IMG/VR virus record: IMGVR_UViG_3300045107_000413
Span: 1-64,000 of that record
Direction: 5' to 3' (one strand)
Source: a virus
Length of the DNA: 64,000 nucleotides
This document shows, one piece after another, positions 9,816-19,834 of the stretch; position 1 is the first letter of the stretch; every line of letters starts with the position of its first letter. Made by a program: the position numbers and the translations under genes. The notes beneath the pieces were generated by a model. The model was not told where the DNA came from. It worked only from the letters and a program-made list of their open reading frames with translations, and ran no database searches.

Positions 9816-10023
9816 GCAGGCGGCCATGCAATGGGCGCGCAGGTGGCACTACCCGCAACTCTGCCTTGCCCGCGGCGTTCGCATCTATGCCGGGGAGCAG
9901 GCATGGAGACACTTCCTGCGGGAAGCAACCGATGAGGCGCTGGACGCTATTCACCGCAGGGTCGTGCGCTGGAACGCCCGCGCCAGTGGGTACATGCCGG
10001 TATTGGCAGGAGAACATCCATGA
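9805..10023 (+). CDS. hypothetical protein
   Basis: Overlaps the DnaB stop; WHYPQL motif resembles HGYPAL in the next ORF. Confidence 0.5.
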   Translation: MWNEQAAMQWARRWHYPQLCLARGVRIYAGEQAWRHFLREATDEALDAIHRRVVRWNARASGYMPVLAGEHP

Positions 10024-10391
10024 AGAAAGGCTATCTCAGCAAAACAACCTGTGCCAGCCACTATTGCCCGACCATGCAGGCGCTCCTGGATAGGGCAACG
10101 AGCAAAGCGGCAACGGTAGAGGAACTGGCGTCTATCCGCATCGCCATCAACAAGGATGATATGTGCTGTGATGCTACCGGTACGTACTGGTGCCATGCCT
10201 GTGCCGCACGCTGCGCCCTCATGAACTACGGCGCCTCGCACGGCTATCCTGCCCTCAGTTTCCCGCCCTACGCCGTCGGGGCGGGGCAAACACTCTGGCG
10301 CACGCTGGCAGGGTTAGGTATGCCAGCGTGCATTGAGGCATGGATGAGAGCATTGGGGTTAGACGGGCAGGAAGAGGAGGGAGCAGCGTGA
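10020..10391 (+). CDS. hypothetical Cys-rich protein
   Basis: ATGA-coupled with GGAG RBS. Confidence 0.55.
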   Translation: MKKGYLSKTTCASHYCPTMQALLDRATSKAATVEELASIRIAINKDDMCCDATGTYWCHACAARCALMNYGASHGYPALSFPPYAVGAGQTLWRTLAGLGMPACIEAWMRALGLDGQEEEGAA

Positions 10392-10512
10392 ACGAGCAGA
10401 CTGAGGCAATTCTCTTCTATTGCGGTGTGTGTGAAGGACAGTGGAACCGGGGCGCATGGGGTCACGGTTCGTATGTGTGCATCGGAAATGCAAAGGAGAA
10501 TGAGAGAGGGTT

Positions 10513-10872
10513 ATGGGCATCTATCTGATTGGGACATTGAGCATGTTTCTTGTGTTGGTATTACTTTTCTCGACAGGTATTGCGATTCTCATCAGGAAAG
10601 CCATGTCCTATAAGCAGATGATTGACTATGCACTTGAGCAGACGCATCAGCTCAAGGCAGTCAAGTGGACACGAGGGAGGCAGCTTCCAGGGGAGTTTAC
10701 CCTGCTTCAGGCAGACACAGCCGTCTACTTGCAGTCAGTCACAGTATTCTCGAAAGGGCAAGAGCAGCTATCAAGTGGTTCAGGTATTCTATTCCCAACG
10801 AGACAATTCAAGGGAATACCTCATAGAAACTGCCCATACCATCTGTCAAGAAGTGTCATAAGAGAGAAGTGA
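10513..10872 (+). CDS. small membrane-anchored protein
   Basis: N-terminal hydrophobic helix; lower GC like the adjacent GT2 gene. Confidence 0.55.
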   Translation: MGIYLIGTLSMFLVLVLLFSTGIAILIRKAMSYKQMIDYALEQTHQLKAVKWTRGRQLPGEFTLLQADTAVYLQSVTVFSKGQEQLSSGSGILFPTRQFKGIPHRNCPYHLSRSVIREK

Positions 10873-10876
10873 GAAC

Positions 10877-12235
10877 ATGAAGAAAATCATTCTGGTTGAT
10901 AGCATCCTCTACGCTGTAAGTATCTGGCTGCTGGTTGCTGCCTGGAATGCACCAAAGAATGAAGCGCATACCCTGCTCTCCATTGTCCTCGGTATCATTC
11001 TGACGGCGCTTTCTAGCCCTGTTATGGTCAAGGCGTTCCTGTTTCTCATTCTAGCACCCTGGCATGAAATCGTAGTTGCAAAACGCAAGCGAACGGCGGC
11101 GCATATGCTTCAGTATACCCCGTTCGTCTCTGTCATTATTCCCGCCTGGAATGAGGAAGTAGGCATTGTTGCAACGCTCAAGACACTGCTTGCGAGTTCC
11201 TACCGGAAGATGGAAATTATTGTTGTGAATGATGGCTCAACAGATAATTCTGATCAGGTAATTCGTACCTTTCTTGCGAAATATGCACAGGCCACTCTTG
11301 GGGCAAGTGACGTGATCTCAATTGCTTACCTCTACAAGCAGAATGCAGGTAAAGCGGCGGCACTCAATACTGGCATTGGGGCATCTCATGGAGAGGTCAT
11401 TGTCTGTATCGATGCTGATTGCCTGCTGACGAAAGACACTATTCTCCACTTTGTACTGGCAATGCAGGATGAGAGCATAGCAGCGGTATGTGGAAACATC
11501 AAAGTAGGCAATAGAACTACCTTGCTTGCTCAGATTCAGATGGTTGAGTACGCGCTCTCTTTCTACTCACGGCAGACTGATGCGCTTCTCAATACTCTCT
11601 ACGTGGTTTCAGGGGCAGGAGGCGCGTACCGCCGTGAGATATTTGACCGAGTTGGGTTCTATAACACTAATTTACGAGGAGGAGGTGAAGACGTTGACCT
11701 GAGCATACGTATTCAACAGGCGGGGATGCGTATTACCTTTGCCCCACGAGCCGTTGTCTACACTGAGGTTCCCGAAACACTACGGGGACTCCTCAAACAG
11801 CGCAAACGTTGGACGCGCAGTCGTTTCGATACCTTCCGGCGTTATCCCCACTTTCTCTTGAGTAGGAGACGTGAACACAATAAGCTGCTCACCTGTTTTG
11901 TGCTTCCCCTCATTGCCTTCAATGACTGGTTCTATCTGCTCAAGATGGTACTCAAACTCATGCTTTATGGCTATTGCCTGCTTATCCACCAGTATGAACT
12001 CCTGGCAATGCCACTACTGATTACAATGGTGATGAGCGGTATCCCCCTACTTATGAACAAAGAATATCGTCCATATCTCTTCCTTGCGCCCATCTACTGG
12101 CTTCTGGGATTTATTCCTGCCTTCATCGAAGCTTATGCTATCGGTGCTGCTTTGTGGGGAATACTGCACCGCCAAGAAGTGCAATGGCAACAATGGCAAC
12201 GACAGGGAGCCACCCGGCAGGTCAAGAGGAAGTGA
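10877..12235 (+). CDS. processive family 2 glycosyltransferase (PgaC/IcaA-like)
   Basis: VSVIIPAWNEE, NDGSTD, GKAAALN, DAD, GEDVDL, QRKRW; N- and C-terminal TM helices. Confidence 0.93.
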   Translation: MKKIILVDSILYAVSIWLLVAAWNAPKNEAHTLLSIVLGIILTALSSPVMVKAFLFLILAPWHEIVVAKRKRTAAHMLQYTPFVSVIIPAWNEEVGIVATLKTLLASSYRKMEIIVVNDGSTDNSDQVIRTFLAKYAQATLGASDVISIAYLYKQNAGKAAALNTGIGASHGEVIVCIDADCLLTKDTILHFVLAMQDESIAAVCGNIKVGNRTTLLAQIQMVEYALSFYSRQTDALLNTLYVVSGAGGAYRREIFDRVGFYNTNLRGGGEDVDLSIRIQQAGMRITFAPRAVVYTEVPETLRGLLKQRKRWTRSRFDTFRRYPHFLLSRRREHNKLLTCFVLPLIAFNDWFYLLKMVLKLMLYGYCLLIHQYELLAMPLLITMVMSGIPLLMNKEYRPYLFLAPIYWLLGFIPAFIEAYAIGAALWGILHRQEVQWQQWQRQGATRQVKRK

Positions 12236-12259
12236 GAATGCAAACAGAAAGGGAAAAAT

Positions 12260-12545
12260 CATGATGGATGCACACCCCATCACTACCAGGGCAGACTACC
12301 CTGTGAACATACAGGGCAAGATCATCTACTGGATAGTACCGGAGCAAGAGCATAGCAGTGATGCCCCCTGGTGCGAGCATGACGGGACGTGCGCCTGCCA
12401 CCCCTGGCAAGCCTGCGCCTGCCGCTTCGACCACGCCTACATGGAGCAGCAGTTTGTGCGCCCTATTGTGGCAGGGGAGCAGACCATCGGGGAGATGCTT
12501 GCACGCTACCGGTGCAAAGAGCAGGTACTATCAAAAAGGAAGTAG
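12260..12545 (+). CDS. hypothetical protein (start approximate)
   Basis: ATG after a purine-rich RBS; Cys/His cluster. Confidence 0.4.
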
Positions 12546-12575
12546 CATACAAAAGAAAAGAGAAGGAGAGAAGCG

Positions 12576-13161
12576 ATGACGACTTTGACACAGCGCGAGA
12601 GGCACCATGACCTCAGTGTGGCACAGACCCGCAGCCTGCGTGAGCGCAACGGCGTGCCGGAAGGCTACTTTACGACAGGAGGAGCGGCCACCTACCTGGA
12701 ATGCAGGATGGATGCCATCTGGACGGCCATCAAGACGGGCAAGTTGACAGGAGAGCGGTTCGGGCGCCTGACCTGCTTCACGAAAGAGGAACTGGACGCC
12801 TTTGATGCTCGCAGGCGGGGGACGCCTGTTCTGGATACGGCGGTTGATACCCCCCCCCGTGCAGACAGTCGAAGCCCCTGAAATGGCACAAGAACTACCG
12901 CAAGACGGACAAGCGCAGGAACAGGCAGTACCCCCTGCACAGGAACAGGCAGTACCCCGCTCGGAAGTGCAGACGCGCTACTCATGGAGTGATGTGCAGG
13001 CAATGGCACTTGTCGGCAAGACAAAGAAGATTGCGCTCTCCGGCGGCGGGCTGCTCTATCTCTGCTATGACGCCGACCTGTTCACGCTGACGGAGCAAGA
13101 ACGCAGCCTGCTCTTTGCCCTCATTGACGCCATCAAGCAGTTTGAGGGAGAGCAGGAGTAG
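12576..13161 (+). CDS. HTH DNA-binding protein apparently split by a frameshift in a C9 tract (ORFs 12576-12881 and 12802-13161)
   Basis: FTTGGAATYLECRMDAIWTAIKTGKL HTH; removing one C at 12850-12858 fuses both ORFs. Confidence 0.6.
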
Positions 13162-13207
13162 CATGCAGGTGGGGATGATGGAAGGGTGAGAGCAGTTTAA
13201 CAAGCAC

Positions 13208-13235
13208 GTGCTGGCTACAGAGACGTAGCCAGCAC
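13208..13235. terminator. hairpin between convergent genes
   Basis: GTGCTGGCTAC...GTAGCCAGCAC inverted repeat. Confidence 0.65.
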
Positions 13236-13245
13236 CGACCATACA

Positions 13246-14001
13246 TCATTTCCAGTGGGGGATAGCAAACTCGTAGCGGCGTTTGAAAAATGAGCCGCGC
13301 AGGGACATATCCGAGAAGAGGACAAATGTCCCATCCTGGCCGTAGCAGGCGCGTTGCAGCACGAGGATGGGTTCGTTGCTTACCATCTGCATCTGCTCCT
13401 GCTCATAGAGGTTGGCGTGGCGGCTACTCACCTCCTCAACGGCGCGCACGGGAGAGCGTCCCTTTGCCGCCAATGCACGGGAGACACTGAAGTCGGGGTC
13501 AGTCTTCATCGCTGGGAGAAATTCCTCTACCAGGGCGTAGGGCCAATAGGTGTCCCACGTGCAGAGGTAGAGCTTGTTTGCCATACTGAAGCGCGCACGG
13601 CAGAGCATGCGCACATGCCCGTCAAGCCCGAATGCTGCGCATACCTCCTCTGGCAGGTAGAGCGGCTCTTGTATCCCCCTGATGGTTGCCATGCCCGTGG
13701 TGACAGGGATACCGAGCGCGCGCGCGTCTGTTGTCCAGTCCTTGTACATCCCCTCAATGGCAATGACGGGGTTCTGGGCAATGCGCCCGGCTTTGAGGTC
13801 TGCCACCTGCTCCTCTTTGTACCAGGGACGCCGCCTGCCGTCAAAGAAGTAGCGCGTGAGCGAGAGGATACTTTTCTCATAGAAGTGGTCATGTGAGACG
13901 CCAAGCAGGCGCGCTGCTGGTTCTGCCGTAATGTATTTCACCCCGCCCTCGACCCGTTCTGTCGGTCGCGGGCGTAGTTTCCTGCCTTTTTGTCCGGTCA
14001 T
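13246..14001 (-). CDS. transcriptional regulator, N-terminal HTH plus C-terminal UTRA domain
   Basis: AEPAARLLGVS HTH; EEVSSRHAN...EPILVLQRACYGQDG...RYEF is UTRA-like. Confidence 0.8.
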   Translation of the reverse strand: MTGQKGRKLRPRPTERVEGGVKYITAEPAARLLGVSHDHFYEKSILSLTRYFFDGRRRPWYKEEQVADLKAGRIAQNPVIAIEGMYKDWTTDARALGIPVTTGMATIRGIQEPLYLPEEVCAAFGLDGHVRMLCRARFSMANKLYLCTWDTYWPYALVEEFLPAMKTDPDFSVSRALAAKGRSPVRAVEEVSSRHANLYEQEQMQMVSNEPILVLQRACYGQDGTFVLFSDMSLRGSFFKRRYEFAIPHWK

Positions 14002-14158
14002 GGTTGCTCCTTTGCATGATAGTTTCTGAGAAAAGCATACCTGAAAATCAACAAAATGTCAAACGAAAGTGGAACAACACCACTTGACAAAAGAAAGAAG
14101 GTCAGGTACTCTTAATGCTATATGGCTGTTTGCTGAGTTCAGAGAAGGAGAGAAGGAG

Positions 14159-14665
14159 ATGGCAGCAGCAGGGGCGGGTACCGCGCACAAGAGCGCGCCC
14201 ATCATCTACATTGTCTTTGGAGTGCTGATTTTAGTGCTGTCCCTCGGTTTCACCATCTTTCAGATTGAAACCAATGAGGCATTCGTGTTAGGGCGGCAGG
14301 CAGGCGGCTACGTGGCTATGCTGGATGTCCTCAAGCAAATCCCAGAGTTCTTCGGCGGTGGCCTCTCTGCGGCAGGGGCGGTGGCCTTTGAAGTGGGTTA
14401 CGGCGTTGAGGCCATTTTTATCATGCTGGTCATGCTCTATGAAGCGGCCCATGATGGGGTGATGCACATGAGTCCGAAGCTTGCCCCCCTCTTTCGCTTC
14501 GGCATGTACGTGGTGGCAGGCTACGATTTCTGGACGGACGTGCATTTCAATGTCCTCAGCAGCATTGCCGCGCAAATCGGCTTTGCGATTGTCGCCTTTC
14601 TCATGGTGGCCTTTGGCCCGACGGCGGGAGTCGCCTCGATTGTCAAGGGTATCAAGGAGTGGTAA
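14159..14665 (+). CDS. multi-pass membrane protein
   Basis: Several hydrophobic helices; AAGGAG RBS. Confidence 0.7.
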   Translation: MAAAGAGTAHKSAPIIYIVFGVLILVLSLGFTIFQIETNEAFVLGRQAGGYVAMLDVLKQIPEFFGGGLSAAGAVAFEVGYGVEAIFIMLVMLYEAAHDGVMHMSPKLAPLFRFGMYVVAGYDFWTDVHFNVLSSIAAQIGFAIVAFLMVAFGPTAGVASIVKGIKEW

Positions 14666-14667
14666 GC

Positions 14668-14754
14668 ATGTTCGCATTCATCGTGCTTTGCCTGTGTATC
14701 GGGGCCATCTTCTTCAATATTGCCCTTGCCTGGATGCGACGGCATGGCCTGTAA
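14668..14754 (+). CDS. small single-TM peptide
   Basis: AAGGAG RBS; MFAFIVLCLCIGAIFFNIALAWMRRHGL. Confidence 0.5.
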   Translation: MFAFIVLCLCIGAIFFNIALAWMRRHGL

Positions 14755-14769
14755 GAAAGGAGAGCGGCA

Positions 14770-16380
14770 ATGGCAGACAACCAGCAACTCGTACCGCAGG
14801 AGCAGCAGGAGCAACCTGCCCAGACGCCGTTCGACCTGGGACGCTCAACGAAGTTAGGTGTCGTGACCTTGCTGGTTTCCCTGACTCTTGACTTCCTGCT
14901 CAATGGCTCCTTCACCAACCTGGGCGGGCAAACGGGCCTCTGGCTCGCAGGCATTGCCACTATCGCGGCCTTTCTTGAGGCTAATCCCATCATAGAGCAA
15001 GTGCAGGATTTGGCTCCGATGCGCGCTCTGGCACGCCGCAAACGCGAGGTTCCGAAAGGGCAACTTCCCCACTGGAAACGGGCGCTAGGCCTGCGGGAAG
15101 AAGAGTCCCTTCCGGTTGATGATGAGATTGATGGGGATGATGCATTGACTCTTGATGAGGAAGAGGATGAAGAGGAGGAGAGCGCATGGAATGCAGCGCC
15201 CTCACTTTCGCCTTTGCCTATCCCTGCTGCGCGTGAAAGTAGCAATCATTCGCAGTTCGTGATCGTTCGTGCGAGCGACCCCCGCCGGGAAATCCTGCTT
15301 GGCCCACAGTTCGGCCTGGACATTGATGCAGTCATTGATGCAGGCGTTTTCATCTCTGGCATGAAAGGCTCCGGCAAGTCCACCGTTGCCGCCCGCCTCA
15401 TGGAGCAGGTAGGGCGCTTCGGGGCCATCCCGCAGGTGATCTTTGATGTCAGGGGAGATTTCACCTCCCTGGTAGACTCCCACTTTGCACGCGGGGTCAT
15501 TTCGACACATGGGAGGCTTTACCGCCCGGAGGAAATCCTGACGCAGCGCCTGCAAGTTGTGGTAGATTTGCGCCCCTTCACAGCTGAGCAGCGCGGCCAG
15601 ATCATTGCGCGCATGTGCCATAACCTGCTCAAGCTTGCCATGAGCCTGCCGCCAGAGGCGCGCTTCCCCTGGTTCGTGCATGTGGATGAGGCGCAGCAGT
15701 ACGCCGCACAGGCGCGCCCGGAAAGCCTGGAGGTGCGCACCTGGCGTGCGGTCTGCCAGGCCCTGAGCAACCTGGGCGTGCTTGGCCGTGCCTACGGGGC
15801 AGTTCCCTGCCTCTACACGCAGCGCATCGCTGACATCAACAAAAGCGTCATCAGCCAGCAGGAGTTGCGCATCTTCCTCAAAGCGACCTTGCACAGCGAC
15901 CTTGCCCGCTACCGTGACTACATCAACCCTGATGTGGCAACGGATGAGACGATCCGCGCACTTGGCGCAGGGGAGGGTGTGGTCTGCCTGCCGGACGGGC
16001 GGCAATTCCTCGCGCGCTTCCTCAACCGGGAGTCCGCGCATGGCTCCCATACTCCGCACTTGGAGGAAGCCCTGCGTTTCCCCGTCGTTTCCCCGTCGTT
16101 TCCCTGTTCATTTCCCATTTCCAACTCACCTATTAATGGAAATGAGCGGGAAATGGCTCTAGAGGCCGATAGAGAAGACTTTGAAGCATATGGAAATGAG
16201 GCGGGGAAATCTCATTCTGAGGGTGAAATGACGGTTTCGGACGAGGTAAAGGAAATGATAAGGCGCATGGTGAAGAGGGGATTTCGACATGGGGAAATCG
16301 CTTCAATCGTTGGGCTTGCGGGTCGCAAATATGGCATCTACAAGCAGGTTTGTCGTGAGTTAGATATTGAAGTTTCTTGA
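14770..16380 (+). CDS. membrane-anchored HerA/FtsK-superfamily ATPase with C-terminal HTH
   Basis: Two N-terminal TM helices, Walker A GMKGSGKS, FDVRGDF, Walker B VHVDEAQ, GRAYG, TQR; C-terminal RHGEIASIVGL. Confidence 0.85.
   Translation: MADNQQLVPQEQQEQPAQTPFDLGRSTKLGVVTLLVSLTLDFLLNGSFTNLGGQTGLWLAGIATIAAFLEANPIIEQVQDLAPMRALARRKREVPKGQLPHWKRALGLREEESLPVDDEIDGDDALTLDEEEDEEEESAWNAAPSLSPLPIPAARESSNHSQFVIVRASDPRREILLGPQFGLDIDAVIDAGVFISGMKGSGKSTVAARLMEQVGRFGAIPQVIFDVRGDFTSLVDSHFARGVISTHGRLYRPEEILTQRLQVVVDLRPFTAEQRGQIIARMCHNLLKLAMSLPPEARFPWFVHVDEAQQYAAQARPESLEVRTWRAVCQALSNLGVLGRAYGAVPCLYTQRIADINKSVISQQELRIFLKATLHSDLARYRDYINPDVATDETIRALGAGEGVVCLPDGRQFLARFLNRESAHGSHTPHLEEALRFPVVSPSFPCSFPISNSPINGNEREMALEADREDFEAYGNEAGKSHSEGEMTVSDEVKEMIRRMVKRGFRHGEIASIVGLAGRKYGIYKQVCRELDIEVS
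16075..16300. repeat. clustered short GGAAAT/ATTTCC-like repeats in two opposing orientations
   Basis: CGTTTCCC x3 and CATTTCC x2, followed by repeated GGAAATG/GAAATG/GGAAATC. Confidence 0.6.
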
Positions 16381-16428
16381 CAAGTGGTTACAAAAAAAAA
16401 GAGACACAAGAGAAGGAGAAACACTCGT

Positions 16429-17343
16429 ATGGCAACACAGGTGGAAGAGGCGGCAGGACAATCAACAACACAGGAGAAATGGCAAGCCTTTGTTTCGCTT
16501 GACTGGTATGATGGCGTCATCAGCTTCCTTTTTAGATTCGTGGCGAAAACGAGCGAACCATTGCTGGCAGCGGGCGTCATTGTGAGCGCCGCTGACTTTC
16601 TGCTCAAAGGGGAACTGATGGCAGATAGTCCCTTGCTTGCCGGTATCTGGGCATGGACACAGGCCGTTGCCATTGAGGCATCTACCGGCCCTGTACTGGT
16701 GTTCGCTCTTCAGGCATTCAAAGCCCGCGACCCGATCAAGGGCTGGCTCTATACCGTGCTGGCCGTTCTACTGTTCATTGTGGGCAGTGCCATGCTGTTC
16801 TTACAGATGATTGCGAACGTCACGGGCGTCACGGAAGCGAACGTGAGCCTCATCGTGATTTACGGATTGTTCGTTTTGCGTGTGATTGTGTCCTCTGGCA
16901 TGGTGGCCCTCTCCTGTACCAAGCATATCCCTTTCAGTGGCATGCTCTCCGCACGAATGGAAGCGACCGTTGAGACACCTGTGACTGTCTCAACACCTTC
17001 TACAGAAGAAATTGTTACACAGGTGCTTGCACACATTGATACACTCTATCAGACACGCCTTGAGACAGTCATGGAGCGCACGATAGAGCGTGTGACTGTC
17101 TCAGTGGAGGAACAGGTGCTTGCACAGTTACCTGAACGTATCACTTCCTCTATGCAAGCAATTGCACTACCTCTACAGGGAACGTATGAGACACCTGTTG
17201 AGACAGGGGAGAGTGTAGAAAATCGTATCAGGGCAATACTCATCCAGACGCCTGACATCTCAATACGCAAGTTGGCAACACAGGCACACTGCGCTCCCAA
17301 TACTGCCTCAAAATGGAAAGAGCGTATCCAGGCGGGGAGTTAA
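16429..17343 (+). CDS. 4-TM membrane protein with C-terminal HTH (Spd-like)
   Basis: Four hydrophobic helices, linker, then PDISIRKLATQAHCAPNTASKW; internal TGAGACA/TGTCTCA repeats. Confidence 0.7.
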   Translation: MATQVEEAAGQSTTQEKWQAFVSLDWYDGVISFLFRFVAKTSEPLLAAGVIVSAADFLLKGELMADSPLLAGIWAWTQAVAIEASTGPVLVFALQAFKARDPIKGWLYTVLAVLLFIVGSAMLFLQMIANVTGVTEANVSLIVIYGLFVLRVIVSSGMVALSCTKHIPFSGMLSARMEATVETPVTVSTPSTEEIVTQVLAHIDTLYQTRLETVMERTIERVTVSVEEQVLAQLPERITSSMQAIALPLQGTYETPVETGESVENRIRAILIQTPDISIRKLATQAHCAPNTASKWKERIQAGS

Positions 17344-17657
17344 TAAAGAAGGGTAGACAGTGCTGTGATAGTTTCAGAAAGCATAGCGATTTCTCGCTTG
17401 AGCTTCCTGTTTACTCGCAGTGTTCACACGGAAGAACTGCTCTCTTCCCTACACTTGTGTTCACGGCGCGATGGGCGAACTACAACGCCCTCTACATGCT
17501 CGGTGGCAAGCCATGTTGCATGCTACGTGTATTCGTGCCTGTTGCTCGCTCTGGTGTCACCTGCTTGCCGCGCTATAGTGTCTCTGTTTTACAAGAGCAT
17601 AGGCTATACTACCAGAAGCGAACAGCACAGAAAGAAGAAAAGCAATAGGAGGAAGCA

Positions 17658-18104
17658 ATGACAGAACAGCACCTGAAGGCTATGCTCGCACGGCGGGGCT
17701 ACACGCCTCATATCGGCATGACGGCCATGCAGCAAGGACACCGGCACATCAATGCCCCTGCCCTCTGTATCGTGCAAGACGGGCAAGAGGTCGTTGTTGC
17801 CGCCCTCGATGAAGTGCTGTCTGCTGATACGGCAACCATTGCCGCCCTCCTTGACCGGCGACTCGGAGCAGGCATGCATCATGTACAGTGCGCGCAGTGC
17901 GGGCATACCCTTTTGCAAGGCGTGGGTGGCACAGGCAAAGGTGAGGGCGCAACGCACTGGTATGAGTACCGTGACGCGAGCCGAGGCCCACAGTCAGCAG
18001 AGATTCTCTTTTGCCCGCGCTGTGGGGCGGCGTTATTTGAAGAGAATATTCAGGAGGTGGAGGATGAGAAGAGGACAGGAGAGCATGATGCCACCATTTC
18101 ATAG
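17658..18104 (+). CDS. hypothetical zinc-ribbon protein
   Basis: CAQC...CPRC; GGAGG RBS. Confidence 0.6.
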   Translation: MTEQHLKAMLARRGYTPHIGMTAMQQGHRHINAPALCIVQDGQEVVVAALDEVLSADTATIAALLDRRLGAGMHHVQCAQCGHTLLQGVGGTGKGEGATHWYEYRDASRGPQSAEILFCPRCGAALFEENIQEVEDEKRTGEHDATIS

Positions 18105-18301
18105 TGATGCTGATACCGTAGGCGGGTCATGGAGCAGTTACCAGACGCTGGCTTTTCGAGAGCGTTGTGCCTGTTGCGGGAAGAAAACATTTCTCGGCTG
18201 GTGGATGGTCAATGAGGAACGCACGCGCTTCAGAGATGGAACAGAAGCCGTGCATTGAGAACTGTTCTGTCGTCCTGCGTGTGAGCGGAAGGGAAGCGGG
18301 A

Positions 18302-18622
18302 ATGAGCAAAATGGGTCTGTACCGGCTCTATGAAGACGTATCCGAAAAGGCGTTTCAGCAACAGGTGATACAGGTGGCACGCCTGACGGGGCATCTTGCC
18401 TATCACACGCTGCATAGTATCGGCAGCGAGCCAGGTTTTCCTGATCTGGTGCTTGTGCATCCGTTGCGTCCCTCATTGCTGATGCCTGAACTCAAGAGTG
18501 AGCGGGGAAGACTCACCAGAGCGCAGGAACGTTGGCTTGCTGCCTTGCGCGCGAATGGGGTGGAAGCGCCCGTATGGCGTCCCCATGATATTGATGAGAT
18601 ATTGGAAAGGCTCAAACGCTAA
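18302..18622 (+). CDS. VRR-NUC nuclease
   Basis: SEKAFQQQV, GFPDLVLV, ELKSERGRLTRAQERW, VWRP. Confidence 0.92.
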   Translation: MSKMGLYRLYEDVSEKAFQQQVIQVARLTGHLAYHTLHSIGSEPGFPDLVLVHPLRPSLLMPELKSERGRLTRAQERWLAALRANGVEAPVWRPHDIDEILERLKR

Positions 18623-19834
18623 TGCACTACCCGCCAGAACTGCCTGCGCTCAATGTTACATGGGAGCATGAGCAGGCGACAACCATCATCCACCGCTACT
18701 GCCGCGCGGGCCTCACCCTCGGCCTCTCGCGTATTGCAACGCTCTTACGCGCGGCACCTATTGCCGCAGAAGAGTGCGATGAACTCCTCTCCTGCCTTGC
18801 CCACGCGCGCCATCATGCAGAGCGGGATATGTGCCGCTATCAGGCAGACATAGTAGGGAGGCTGCAATGAGGAAGCAAGATGACCTTTGCGACCCGTATC
18901 ACCTGAGCCGCCTGGATGAGTACCTGCTCGTGCGTGATTTTTGATGATGAGGATGGAGGAAATCCATCCAGGAGGTGAGGGATGCAACGAACACGAACAT
19001 ACCCCTTCTGGCTGCGCTGGTTACACGCCCGTTTCTGTGAGTGGCTAGAGCAGTACGAGCAGGCCCGCGCCTGGTCAGCGCGCCATTGCCCCTGCTGCGG
19101 CACGCCCGTCTCCTCACATGACGCCCGCTACTGCGCCATGTGCGGGCAGTGCCTGCTGGTGGAGGCGCGGGTGACGGACAGCCTGCCAATAGCGCGCCTG
19201 CACAGTGGGGAGTTGCTGCGCGCCTATCGGGACAGGGAAGGCCATCGGGCGGGCGTCTCTACCACCGAACACCGCGCCTATGTGCGCACGCCGGAGAACC
19301 ACCAATGAAGGAGAAACCGATGCCTACAACGCCCTTGCTCTACCCTGCTGCCGTCATCGCGGCCTTTGTCTATCTGCTGCTGGTGTGCCGCCTTGTCGTC
19401 ATCGTGCGGGAGTCCCTTGCTGTGCTGCGTGCCAGTAAACAGCATCACCCCGTTTGCTGGCTTGCCCCCGATGACGCACTCTGGTTAGACGCCGTGTTCA
19501 GTGATGCCTATGAGGAGTTGACCGAGTGCGACGACTAGGGATACGGACACTGTTCCGTTTGCTGGCACGGACGCGGCAGGCACCGCCCGTTGCGCCCCTG
19601 GTGCTGCGACGCCGTGAGAAGGGGCTGTCATGGGAGGAGTACGTGGCCTTGCAGCGCGTTTCCCTGGCTGCTGATGTGCAACTCTTTGACGGCTCGCTCT
19701 CCTTGGAGGAATATGTGCGCATGAGTCACCAGACACAGCATGTTACCCGTGTGTTGTACCATCATTTAGGGGCAAGTACGCTCCCCGAATATCTGCTCGA
19801 TGCCCCTACTGAGAAAGTCGAGACACTATGCTAA
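18622..19834 (+). CDS. four small hypothetical ORFs (18622-18870, 18982-19308 zinc ribbon, 19305-19538 TM, 19526-19834)
   Basis: Coupled small ORFs leading into the cas locus; CPCC...CAMC in 18982-19308. Confidence 0.5.
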
